Positions 48,986-62,162 of a stretch of DNA of 64,000 bases are shown here, one piece after another. The DNA is from Octopus sinensis (lineage: Eukaryota): assembly GCF_006345805.1 (NCBI RefSeq), contig NC_043019.1, positions 25,109,360 through 25,173,359 on the forward strand, given 5' to 3'. The stretch's first letter is position 1; every line of letters begins with the position of its first letter. The position numbers and the translations under genes are program-made. The notes below the pieces were generated by a model. That model was not told where the DNA came from and searched no databases. It saw only the letters and a list, made by a program, of their open reading frames with translations.

Positions 48986-50414
48986 ATTATTATTATTATT
49001 GTCGTTGTTGTTGTTATTATTTTTCTTATTTACTTTTAATCTGCATCTTTGTTACAATCACTTGCCAAGACACACCCAGCATCTTAAGGTGAGTGATGGA
49101 TAAGAGATGTCACAGTATGACTGAAAGCTTGGGGAAGAGAAGTAGCGAAATATCTTCATGTAATACAACACAGACATTTAAATTGATTGGATTTCTCTAA
49201 GAATGTGGGCAGTACTTGTCAGCACTTTTTTTGTGGATTTCTCTGAGACATGGTTATCCTGGGATATTATCTAAATGTTTCTGACATCCCTTTTTTTATC
49301 ATACCTAGGACACCTACAATAACAGGAACAGTTCTTGCTTTAAGATGCCATATCTTCTGTATTTCAAATTCTTCCAAGATCAACCTAGCCCTTTTGCCTT
49401 TTGGGGGTGGGGGTCAATGAAATACATACCAGTTACACACTGGGGTCGATGTAATCAACTGGTCCCTTCATCCCAAATTATTATTATTATTATTATAGAG
49501 CTTAATGTTAAATCCGTTGCTTGTGTGCGTGTATGCGATTGTTTATGTGTGTGTGTATGCATGTATGCCTCAGTGTGTGTTTGTGTGTGTGCACGTGCAT
49601 GCATGCGTGTGTATACACGAAGGCTCCTATTTGTTGTTCAATGGTTCATATTGACCCATTGTTGCAGTGAAAAAACAGAAAGGTCGTGGATGTGTCTTTT
49701 ATTTTAGCTTTTGAGGACTTAGTCCAAAGAGAGAAAGGCCTTTGAAGAAGCTATCCTCAAACCAGAGACTGATCCAAGATGCTTTCAGCAGTACGGATTT
49801 TTCTAAAGGCACCCATAGACCAAATGGGGGTGTCAAACAGGGTAGTGAATCAACTCTTTAACATTCAGATTACTCTGTCAAATGTAACCCTAATTTATTC
49901 ACATTGTTTTGAATTAACCATGTGCTTGATCTTGTAGCTATAAAAATTCAAAGATGTGATTTTTTATTTTTAGAATGACATTGCAGGGTAAGTGTGACAG
50001 GCCAGATCTTGCCAATTTGAACATAAAACAATACCTTCAACACAGACACAATCCTTTTATGGGTTTCCAAATTTCATTTACAAGATTTTGGCCAACCAGA
50101 AGCTAAGAGGCTTGTTCAAGGTACCATACTCAGAACGTAATGGCAGACGAAATACTGCTAAGTATTTTGCTCGGCGTGCGGATGTTTCTGCAGCTCGCCA
50201 CCTTGCTTACAACTGTTTCTGTTATAAAGGAACTATGCAGTTGAGTTGAGTGCCTGTGTGACATTTTATGGCTTCCTCAGAGCCATTTTAAACGAAATGC
50301 AATGACAGCTCTGAGTGCACAGTTCCTTAAAGCAAAAAACAACTGTAAGCTAATGAGAGTGACTGTGTAACTCCTGTTCTTTTGTCATTCATTTATTAAT
50401 ATCAGGCTCTGTAA

Positions 50415-50880
50415 AGGCAGCAAGCTGGCAGAATGGTGAGCATGCTGGGCAAAATGCATGATGGTATTTTGTTCGTCTTTGCATTCAGAGTTCAAATTCC
50501 ACTGAGGGTGACTTTGTTTTCTATCTCTCCAAGGGTTGATAAAATAAGTACCTATTTCTTTATTACCCACAAGGGGCTAAACATAGAGGGGACAAACAAG
50601 GACAGACATAGGTATTAAGTCGATTACATCGACCCCAGTGTGTAACTGGTACTTAAGTTATCGACCCCGAAAGGATGAAAGGCAAAGTCAACATCGGCGG
50701 AATTTGAACTCACAACGTAACGACAAGCGAAATACCGTTAAGCATTTCGCCCAGCGTGCTAACGTTTCTGCCAGCTCGCCGCCTGATAAAATAAGTAGCA
50801 GTTGAGCACTGGGGTTTAGGTAATCAACTTTCACTCTCTGCCAAAATTGCTTGTCTTGTGCGAAAATTTGAAAGTAATAT
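50415..50880. mobile_element. Family 1 SINE with an inverted family 1 SINE (50,551-50,783) inserted
   Basis: 14-bp TSD TGATAAAATAAGTA at 50,537-50,550 and 50,784-50,797. Confidence 0.85.
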
Positions 50881-51432
50881 CAAGCTCTGCACTGACCAGC
50901 TGGTCAATATAAGAGTCCTGAGTAGAGAATATCAGGCAATTCTTGCTGGATCTGGCTAATTCTGTACAGTTCTCACAATACACACAATGACTATATGTGG
51001 TGTGTGTGTGTGTGTATGCAGGTACTGGTGTGGGTGTGTGGTAAGGTTCAGTTCCACCTTGGGCAAGTGTCTTCTACTATAGCTTGGGGCTGACCAAGGC
51101 CTTGAGTGGATTTAGTTGATGGAAACTGAAAGAAGCCTGTTGTATATATCTATATCTATATTTACATACATATTTATGTATGTATATGTATATATATATG
51201 TATCATCATCATCATCGTTTAACGTCCGTTTTCCGTGCTAGCACGGGTTGGACGGTTCGACCGGGGTCTGGGGAGCCAGGGGCTGCTCCAGGCTCCAGTC
51301 TGATCTGGCAGTGTTTCTACAGCTGGATGCCCTTCCTAACGCCAACACACTCAACTATATATATATTTTATATAAAAATATTATAATATATATATATGTA
51401 CAAATATATATATATATATATATACATAAGTA

Positions 51433-53238
51433 TATATGTAAGGTATGTAGAAAAATACAACATGGACAAGAACGTATAACTCATAGAAGACGATGCAATA
51501 AACATGGACAGGACATTCGAACCCCTCAGTCTTCAGTCAAGAACCGGATCATCGTAGTATTTCGGCTGATTAATCTTGAGATTACTAGATCACGGCCAGC
51601 CCTCCAGAAAAACTAAGCTGGAAGCGTAGATTTCCTGGAAGAAGGATCGAATGCATACGAACACCAGGACAGCAAAAGGGACAGATATAAAAAAACAAAA
51701 AACAATAAAGGGAATACAGAAACATGAAATACAGAAGCATTAACGGTGAAAACAACAAGTGTCTTACGACTGATAACAAGCAAACAAATTTTTTCTCTGG
51801 CGCATTGGAAAAAGCCTTTATAGCGGCGGACGAGAACAACGATGTTAACACGACGAGGGTCAGGAGCTGAAAGGCAGATTTCGGCCAACAGTCACGTGAC
51901 AGAGAAGAGGAAAAGAAAAGAAAGAGAGAGAGAGAGAAGAAAAGGGGGACAAAACGCAACAAAGAGAGAAGAGAGAGAAAGAAGGAATCAGAGAAGAGAA
52001 GGGATGGGTGTCGAAGAATGACCTGTGAGTGCAGAGCGAGACAAAGAAATAGGAGGGGGTAGTGAAGATAGACCAAAGGATCAGAGGAAAGAGAAGATGA
52101 ATAGAGAGAAAGTAAAAATGAAGAGAGAGAGAGGAGAGAAACAGAGAGTCGTACCAATTATTAAGAATATGTGTTCACATTAATGATAAAGGGGGTACGG
52201 GGCGCCTGGAATATATGTTAAGGTATGTAGAAAAATACAACATGGACAAGAACGTATAACTCATAGAAGACGATGCAATAAACATGGACAGGACATTCGA
52301 ACCCCTCAGTCTTCAGTCAAGAACCGGATCATCGTAGTAATTTCGGCTGATTAATCTTGAGATTACTAGATCACGGCCAGCCCTCCAAGAAAAACTAAGC
52401 TGGAAGCGTAGATTTCCTGGAAGAAGGATCGAATGCATACGACAACCAGGACAGCAAAAGGGACAGATATAAAAAAACAAAAAACAATAAGGGAATACAG
52501 AAACATGAATACAGAAGATTAACGGTGAAAACAACAAGTGTCTTACGACTGATAACAAGCAACAAATTTTTTCTCTGGCGCATTGGAAAAAGCCTTTATA
52601 GCGGCGGACGAAGAACAACGATGTTAACACGACGAGGGTCAGGAGCTGAAAGGCAGATTTCGGCCAACAGTCACGTGACAGAGAAGAGGAAAAGAAAAGA
52701 AAGAGAGAGAGAAGGGGACAAAACGCAACAAAGAGAGAAGAGAGAGAAAGAAGGAATCAGAGAAGAGAAGGGATGGGGTCGAAGAATGACCTGTGAGTGC
52801 AGAGCGAGACAAAGAAATAGGAGGGTAGTGGAAGACTAGACCAAAGGATCAGAGGAAAGAGAAATGAATAGAGAGAAAGTAAAAATGATGAGAGAGAGAG
52901 AGAGACAACAGAGAGTCGTACCAATTATTAAGAATATGTGTTCACATTAATGATAAAGGGGGTACGGGGCGCCTGGAATATATGTTAAGGTATGTAGAAA
53001 AATACAACATGGACAAGAACGTATAACTCATAGAAGACGATTGCAATAAACATGGACAGGACATTCGAACCCCTCAGTCTTCAGTCAAGAACCGGATCAT
53101 CGTAGTAATTTCGGCTGATTAATCTTGAGATTACTAGATCACGGCCAGCCCTCCAAGAAAAACTAAGCTGGAAGCGTAGATTTCCTGGAAGAAGGATCGA
53201 ATGCATACGAACACCAGGACAGCAAAAGGGACAGATAT
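51433..53238. repeat. Head-to-tail tandem element, ~775-nt unit x 2.3, in (TA)n
   Basis: AAGGTATGTAG recurs at 51,440, 52,220 and 52,987; the third copy stops after ~250 nt; units differ mostly by 1-nt indels. Confidence 0.92.
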
Positions 53239-53247
53239 ATATATATA

Positions 53248-53660
53248 TTCCTTTACTCTTTTACTTGTTTCAGTTATTTGACTGCAGCCATGCTGGAGCA
53301 CTGCCTTTAGTCGAGCAAATCGACCCCAGGACTTATTCTTTGGGAGCCTAGTCCTTATTCTATCGGTCTCTTTTGCCGAACCGCTAAGTTACAGGGACGT
53401 AAACACACCAGCATTGGTTGTCAAGGGATGTTGGGGGTGGTGGTGACAAACAGACACACAAACATATATACATACATACATACATATATATATATATACA
53501 TATATACGACGGGCTTCTTTCAGTTTCTGTCTCCCAAATCCACTCACAAGGCTTTGGTAGGCCCGAAGGTATAGTAGAAGACATTTCCCCAAGGTGCCAC
53601 GCAGTGGGACTGAACCTGGAACCATGTGGTTGGTAAGCAAGCTACTTACCACACAGCCAC
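53248..53660 (-). mobile_element. Family 2 SINE
   Basis: Full-length match to the other family 2 copies. Confidence 0.8.
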
Positions 53661-53759
53661 ACATGCCCAAATCTCGCGCATTCCTTGAACTACATAACAA
53701 CAAGGCATGAAATGACATAAGAAGTGCATCTACACTGATATAATGTGTGTGTGTGTAGG

Positions 53760-54515
53760 AGATGGGTTGAACTGGACATGATAAGAGAGAGAGGGAGAGA
53801 GTGAGAGACAGAGGGGGAGAGAGAGTGGATGAATAGGAAGAAGGGGTTGTTTGGAAGAAAGGTGTGAGGAAGAGGAAAGAGGAAGGCTTCGCAAGAAAGA
53901 GGAAAGAATAGTTGATAGGAGAGAAGAGAAGATAAAGAGAGGGAAAGAGTGAGAGAAAGAGAGAGGAATGAGAGTAAGAGGAGTAGGAGATGTTAGAGAG
54001 AAAGTGAGATAAGGGAGTGTGGAAGTAAAGAATTAAGAGAAAGATAGGGAGGGACAAGGGAAAGGCAGGGTTGATAGAGAGGCAGAAGAGATGGGGGAAA
54101 ATATAGATATGGGAGACGTTATAGATAGTGAGTAAGAGAGTGTGAGGAAGAGAGAGAGAGAGAGATGGAGGGAGGGAGAGTTGAGAGTAAAGGCGGGAAT
54201 GGGAAGGTATGAAATAATGAAGGGGATAAAAGAAGGGAGGGAATAGTAAGAGAATGAGAGAGAGAGAGAGGGGGAGAGAATGTACTTGCAGGTGGTTTGT
54301 AAGGAAGGGAGAGAGAGTGAGACAGATAAGTTGATTGAGTTTTGGAGACAATTAAAGAGTGGAGCTATCGAAATAGGTGGATAGACACACGCATATATAT
54401 ATAGATATATATATAATAATTATATATATATATATATTATATTATATATATATATATTATATATATATAATTATAACATAATCATTAAATTACAGACACA
54501 CAACAACCACACAAT

Positions 54516-54547
<32 letters not shown>

Positions 54548-54624
54548 CCATATATATTCAAGGCGGTACCCCAACATGACCGTAATCTAATGACTGAACT
54601 AGTAAAAGATAAAAGATATATATA

Positions 54625-54707
<83 letters not shown>

Positions 54708-54737
54708 GAAAGAATACCGATATATATATAATATATA

Positions 54738-54770
<33 letters not shown>

Positions 54771-55381
54771 TGTGCACACGCATTATAGACACATATATGC
54801 TTACTCTATACACACATAGATGCGTACATTATAGACACATATATACAGATTATATATAGACATACACACTGTATAACACTATACACATTGTACACACACA
54901 CACACACATGCACGCACACGTTATATGTATAAATAGAGAGGTGGGATGTCAAAGGAAAATGTTCAGAAAAAAAGTGATGGTGGGAATAAAAGGGGGAGAA
55001 AGAAGGAAACCATAATTGTGAGAGAAAAGGAAAAGGTGGAGAAGAGATAGAGAAGTGAAAGAGAAAGTGATAGAGACTTAGAAGAAGGACGAAATATATA
55101 GAGGAACGTGTGGATAAAGAGGGAGAGAGAGAGGGGGAAATAGCGAACACAAGAAAGAAAAGGGAAAAAAGTTGGATAGGTAAATTGAGAGAGAGAGAGA
55201 AAGTGAGAGAAAGACAGTTGGGTAGATAAAGAGAGAAAGTGAGAAGGGGAAAAGGAAAAAAAGAGAGAAAAAGAGAAAGCTGGGTAGATTGAGAGACAGA
55301 AAGAGAGAAAGCTGGGTAGTTAGAGGGTTAGGTAGATATATAGAAAACTAGGTAGATAGAGACAGCTAGCTAGACAGATAA

Positions 55382-55446
<65 letters not shown>

Positions 55447-55455
55447 CAGACATAT

Positions 55456-55500
<45 letters not shown>

Positions 55501-55505
55501 CAGAC

Positions 55506-55571
<66 letters not shown>

Positions 55572-55746
55572 GGGTAGATAGATAAGGAGATTGATAGATA
55601 GTAAAGGTAAAGAGAAAGATATAAGGAAGCATCTGTGTTGGTGAAAATAGTGGAGAGAGAGAGGAGATCTTGTGATGTTTCACATGCTAGCTTCTCCAAA
55701 CATTATTAATTGGTTCGTGTGGAGGGAAATGATAGAGTGACAATGT

Positions 55747-55794
<48 letters not shown>

Positions 55795-56014
55795 GTGACA
55801 GGCAATAAGAATGACACTAAGAGAATGTCTACAAGTCTGTGTGAACTGATATAGGGGAGAAGGGGTTCAACATGAATGAATGAAAATAGCGAGATCAATA
55901 GATAGATAGATGGATGGGTAGAAAAGTAGGTAGGTAGGTAAGAAGATGAATTGGTAGATAGGCAGTGGGTGGCTGGGTAGAGGTATACAAGTTGGTAACT
56001 AGGTAAGCTGATAT

Positions 56015-56045
<31 letters not shown>

Positions 56046-56326
56046 ACGTGTGTGTATACGCACACAAACGCACACGTTGGTAGATAGGTGTGTGTTGCAG
56101 AGAGTAGAGAATACAGAACAGATATACACATATATATATACACACACACACACATATATATATATATAGAGAGAGAGATATGTGTTTACTCCGGTATATA
56201 GATAGATAGATAGATAGATAGATAAACAGGTACACAGAGACATGAATAGATAGATGGATTGATACATCTTTCGGTTGGTAGATAGTTACTTTGATAGACA
56301 ATGATAAATAGATAGATAGATAGAGA

Positions 56327-56359
<33 letters not shown>

Positions 56360-56385
56360 GGAAAGAAAGAAAGAAAGAAAGAAAA
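53760..56385. repeat. GA-rich low-complexity DNA with (TA)n and (GATA)n tracts
   Basis: Purine-rich 53,760-54,350 and 54,930-55,360; (GATA)n 55,370-55,600; (GA)n 55,750-55,790. Confidence 0.9.
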
Positions 56386-57546
56386 GTCAGTCGTAGTGGA
56401 ACAGGTGGATTGCTATAAAGAAATTATAATATAGCTACAAAGAATGAGAGAGAGAAATAGTAACCGAGAGAAAGAAAGTACAGAAGAAGGAAGTTAGAAA
56501 AAGCCGACATGTAAATTGAAAGAGAAGATAAGATCGATTCTTAAGAAGAGAGAAAGACGAAGAGAAAAACTAGAGAAAGAATGGAAATAAATTTAAATAT
56601 CAAATAACAGATGCAGTGCCAGATATAATGCAATAGTAACGGATTGTATGTATGTTGTTATAGCTGTGTGTGGATGGACGTGTGTGTGTATGAATACAAG
56701 AGTGTTCCCCTAGGTATGTATGCACACAATATCGAAGGATTTGAAAGAAAGACGCACGAAAAAGATCAACTCAGAATGAATAAAGAAAAAGAAAAACATG
56801 TAATTTGAAAAGAAAAAAAAAGAAATAAGAAGCAGAATAAAACGGCAAGACACGATAGATAGATAGATAGATAGATATGAGAGAGAGGGCAGACGCACAG
56901 AGACACACATACAGAGACACATACATAGAGAGAGAAAGAGAGTAGAGGTCAGGGGTCATGATGGCGACGCTTCCTAGTAGTAGTTGTAAGAGCGTGGCAT
57001 GTTTGAGAAGAAAGAGATGGATGGAAGAGAGATATAGCGAAAATAAACACCATCGTTAATACAACATAACGACGGACGAACCGACATGGGAGCCTCTAGG
57101 AGCATGGTCGCTCAGAATGCGAGAAACAGCAGTCAACTATTCACAAAATCCCACATGACTTGACTGGATAACGTAATCCTTCCTAGATACACGAAGCCTG
57201 AATAAATGACGGCGGTGGTAGGGGTCGTGCCTGGAACGCCATGACCCTACCACCGTCTATTTAATAAGTATTGACCTGGAGCTAAACGTGGCGCTTCGAC
57301 GTGGTCGCCTGACCTGCTAGAAATAACAACTAAGTCTTCCTTAAATCATATCCTTTCTGTCGTATATGTGAAGTCCCGAGGTAGCTCGCAAAATAGCGGG
57401 TTGTTTACAGTTGAAATCCCTTTCATCAAAGATTTGATTGATCCGCGCTGACCCAGGGTTAAATAACAATACATAAAAAAACCCAATACGTATGTATGTA
57501 TGTATGTGTGTGTGTGTATGTGTGTATGTATGTATGTATGTATGTA

Positions 57547-57581
<35 letters not shown>

Positions 57582-58172
57582 ATGTATGTATGTGTGTGTA
57601 TGTATGTATGTATAGTGTGTGAGTAATAAGCATAAATTATAAACCCCATATATGTGTTTATACACACACGGACATACATTTCGTAGATATAGGAAATATT
57701 TCTTTGTGCAAAGGTTATTAGCAAAGAATTTAATATAATTATGAAAAAAAAAAATGATAATAATTTCACTGTAATAATGTAATTAACTATAATAAACTAA
57801 ACATCACCAACTACACACGCACACAGACATATGTGTGTATGTATGTATGTGTGTGTGTGTGTGTATGTGTGTGTGTGTGTGTGCAGAGAGGGAAAAGAAT
57901 GAAAGAAAATGAAAAGTGGTTGAATATTTTGAAAAAAAATGAAGAGTTGTATGGGAGAAAAGAGGAAACGAAGCAATTGTATGAAGAAGATGAAAGGAAC
58001 GAGGGAGGGAGAGAGAGGAGAGAGAGACAGACTAACACATACATACATACATATCTTTATATATAAATATACATATATATATGTGTGTGTGTGTGCGTGT
58101 AACGGAAAGTGTGTAGTGGGTGTAGGTGAGAGGAGGAGAAAAAGAAGTAGTGGCATCTTAAAGGGCCGTCGC

Positions 58173-58382
58173 TCAGTTTCGTAAGTATAATCAGTAGTTT
58201 CTGTCGAAAGAGAAATAGTAGTAGTGGCTGAGAGTGGGAGGAGTAAGAGGAAGAGATGACGACGGTGAGTGTGGAACTACTCACACACACACATACACGC
58301 ACACACATCACATTGTCGTTTATAATGTTTCTGCTGCACGCACTGGCGTCATTTAATTAAGGATTTACATAGTGATATATAT

Positions 58383-58413
<31 letters not shown>

Positions 58414-58424
58414 ATATTTAATTG
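58173..58424 (+). promoter_or_regulatory. Putative TSS and non-coding first exon of a downstream gene
   Basis: Initiator-like TCAGTT at 58,173-58,178 in a TE-free, CpG-retaining island; consensus donor TTG|GTAAGT at 58,425. Confidence 0.3.
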
Positions 58425-58646
58425 GTAAGTCCCTGCTTCGTTTATTGTTTTAAAATAATTTAGCCAGATTCTAAAATTCACCCTTATTATTGCGAGAACA
58501 ATAATCGTTTCTTTATTATCATTATGAGTAATACATAATTTTTCTTCTGTTAATTCTTAATATTACACCATATTTCGTTTAGAACTGTTTTAAACAGTAA
58601 TTTCGATTGGAGAAATGTTTGTATACACGTATGTATATATATATCA

Positions 58647-58685
<39 letters not shown>

Positions 58686-60529
58686 TACACACATCTATTT
58701 ATCATCTCTAACTATACAGCCGTCTGTGTGTTATGTACCCACCTCCTTTTTAACGATCAAGTAGGTGTTAAGGTGCTCGTTTTTTTCTCTCCCCTCTTAG
58801 GTTCACTGCAGCCGCTGAAGGAGCTGATAAGGGTTAAGGCAGGGGGTAAAAACGCTGGGCCCCACATTCATCCTCTACCACTATTTCTAACACTTTGAGG
58901 TAGTTTTTTTTTTTACCTGCCTCCTTTTTCGCTTCTCTTTACAAACTTCCAACGCTATACATACATACATACATACATACATACATACATAATTAAATTC
59001 ATTTACATATACCCAGTTCTATACATATAATACAAGAGAGGGTACATTAGTTCCAAAGAGATAATAATATATATATATATATAATATATATATATTACAC
59101 ATAAATATATACACTCACACACCAGTTATATAGTTGCATTTCGTATAAGTGGTCGGTGTGATTATTTTGTAAATAGCTGTAGAAGAATTTCAGTTGATAG
59201 ATGGAAGACGGGTATACTATTCGTATGTATAATGTATACATGTTAATTTGTGTATAATATGTAAATATTAACGTGTACATGATGTATTGAAATTAATTAA
59301 TATACAGTTAATTTGGGTATTTGATGCATGTATATACGGGGTCTTTTTGTTTTCTTTTACTTTTTCCTGCCGTTGCTGTAAAATTTATTCATATGTCTGT
59401 AATGTTCTTCGAACCAACCATCATCGTCTCCTATATCCAATTCTCTCTGTCCACATATTGGCTGTGAAAGAAGGTTCTTGTCACATCCACCCGTCCTGAT
59501 GTTCTGTATACACACACAGCGATGGCGTTAGTCAAATGCACCACACGCATACACCTGCATGTGTGAAGAAGGGTTTGGACGCAAACCTCTCTAAGTTTTT
59601 GTGTACATGACAATATGTATACCATGTATGCGTGTGTGTATGTATACTTTTCTACATGTATGGCTTTGTGTATTTGTATATGTCCATGTATAACTCTATC
59701 TACATATTTATATGTATTCCTGTTTCTACATCTCTCTATATATGCTTGTGTATATGTATGGCTCTGTGTGTGTGTGTGTGTGTGTTTGTACATGTTTATA
59801 AGTATGCCCGTGTGTTTACATGTCTATGTATGCTTGTCTATATGTATTCCTCAGTGTGTGTATGCTTCTCTGTGCGTGTGTGCATACATTCTATGTCTAT
59901 TTGTCTCTGAGTGTACATATGTATGCGTGCATATGTCAGTATGTGTTATTGTACGTCTGTTTGTATGCTTTATGTGTGTGTGTATGTGTGTATGATTCAG
60001 TCGGTATTGCTGTGTACGTGTGCCTCTCAATGTGTAGGTGCGCACACATCCATGAGTGTGTATGTATGTATGTCTCGACCATTATAATTTGTGTAACTAT
60101 GTTTATATGCAACGGTTAATGTGTGTATAGCTGCCTACCAATGTATGTATGCCTGTGTGTGTGAGCAATGTTAGTATCAGCCAGTGTATATAACCATACA
60201 CGCACACATGTATACACCTAAAAACACATACACGTGTATGAAAATATATGCCTACATGTATGTATATGTGTATTGTATATCTGGATTTATGTAATTATTT
60301 TCCTTGTTTGAAATATTTGTGTACATATGTATATACATAGCTATCGTTCATCTTTATGCAAACTGTCGTATGTATATAAATAAACAGCACACACACACTT
60401 AATGTATGTATATATGTATATACTGACATAGTACATATATATATATACACATCATATACATATTATACAAATATATGTATATTTATATGTTTAAATATAC
60501 ATAGTACACACACACACACACACACATGA

Positions 60530-60878
60530 AACAGGCGCAGGTTTTGACTGTGTGGTAGGTAGCTTGCTTCCCAACCATACGGTTTCGGGTTCAGTTCCAT
60601 TGCTTTCTACTATAGCCCTGGGCCGACCAAAGACTTGGTAGATGGAAACTGAAAGAAGCCTGTTGTAAATATTATCTGTGTGTGTTTTTATGTTTGTCTC
60701 CCCACCATTGCCACTTGCAACCGGCATTGTTTTGTTTACGTATCCCTAACTTAGCGGTTCAGCAAAGAGACACCGATAGAGGAAGTGAAAAAAATATTTG
60801 GGTCGATTTGTTCAACTAAAACCGTTCGATGCAGTGTTCCAGCTTGGCCGCAGTCTAATGACTGATACAAGTAAAAGA
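60530..60878 (+). mobile_element. Family 2 SINE (diverged)
   Basis: CTGTGTGGTAGGTAGCTTGC..GGTTCAGTTCC head; ACAAGTAAAAG tail. Confidence 0.7.
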
Positions 60879-62162
60879 TGTATATTTTTATTTGTTGATT
60901 CTGAAGAAGAATCTGGTACCATTGTCCACAGCAGACCTTCAAGACTAGTGAAGTAGGGTGGTGGGGGTTGCAGGGGTGGGAGTAGGGATGGCTGGTGCTA
61001 AATGTTCTGTTTAAAGGACCACAGACAAACTCTTGCAGGGGGGGGGGTGCAATATTCTGGGGGTAGAAAGGACGGTGCAGGGAGTGCATGTACATATAGG
61101 AAGTTGGAATTAAAGATGGAAAGATTAATGGAGCAGGGTAACTGAATGGTAGAGGTATGAGGCCAGCAACTTTCTTGAAGTGAAGGCCATTATGTGTGTG
61201 TGTGTGCATAGCTAACCTCAATATGAGCTTCACTAGGTACATCTTCCAAATTTTATTGAAGCAGTTATTCTCTGAAGGTGCTCAACATCTAATTAGTTGA
61301 GGTTATGATCAATATGCATAATCTGAAATAAATATGCAAGAAATAAATGAATCTCAGATATATTCCTGTAAAGAAAAATGGGTGTATATTTATGTTAGTG
61401 TAATCTTCCAGGACATCAGGATGTTTCTATGATTCTTTGTTTCTTCAGATAGTGTAGAGACAGCTTCTTGTGAAGCCATTCCATAAATTGCAATTGGCCA
61501 CGAAGAATGAAAGATAAATTGAGTAAAACACACAGGTGTATGATACAAGCAAATCTACATTATCATTAGACAATAGACGAAGCCACATTCCTTATTAAAA
61601 TTTCATCTAATTAGCATGGAGTTACCATCATCATCATCATCATCACAATGTCCACTCTTCCATGCTTGCATAGATCAGGCATATTTTCGTTGCGGTGGAT
61701 TTTACTACAGATAGATGGATGCCTTCCCTGTTCCCAACCTTTGCTCATTTCCAAGTTATATTTCACCTTGACCAGACATGTTTTCGCAGGAAATTGGAAA
61801 TGAATGACAACTGCCTGCTTGACCGCAGCACTCTGCTATCACATGATGTCAAGGCAATTGGACAGTAATATAAACATTCACACACACACGCACACACACA
61901 GGTGTCAATGTTATAATGCTGCAGAGAAAGCTGCACAATACTGTCAAGTGGGATAACATTTATTCAAAGGTGAGTCTAGAGTGGAATCATTACTCAGAAT
62001 TTCTCCTTCCTTGTCTCCAGGTGACTAGGAGACCTGAAGGTTAGGAATGAGGTAGGTTAACCAAGGAGCTACTCAGGCAGGCTAAGCATTGAATAAATGT
62101 TATATGTGCATGCACATACACACATACACGTGTGTATGTGTGTGTATATATATATATATATA

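Noticed and set aside
51500-51610. Canonical hammerhead in the 775-nt tandem unit
   Set aside because: CUGAAGA is followed by GAAU with no stem II or stem I. The GGCUG/CAGCC-GAAA stem is preceded by CUUGGAG, not CUGANGA.
60955-60990. G-quadruplex-like G runs
   Set aside because: This is an isolated motif in degenerate repeat-like DNA with no supporting context.
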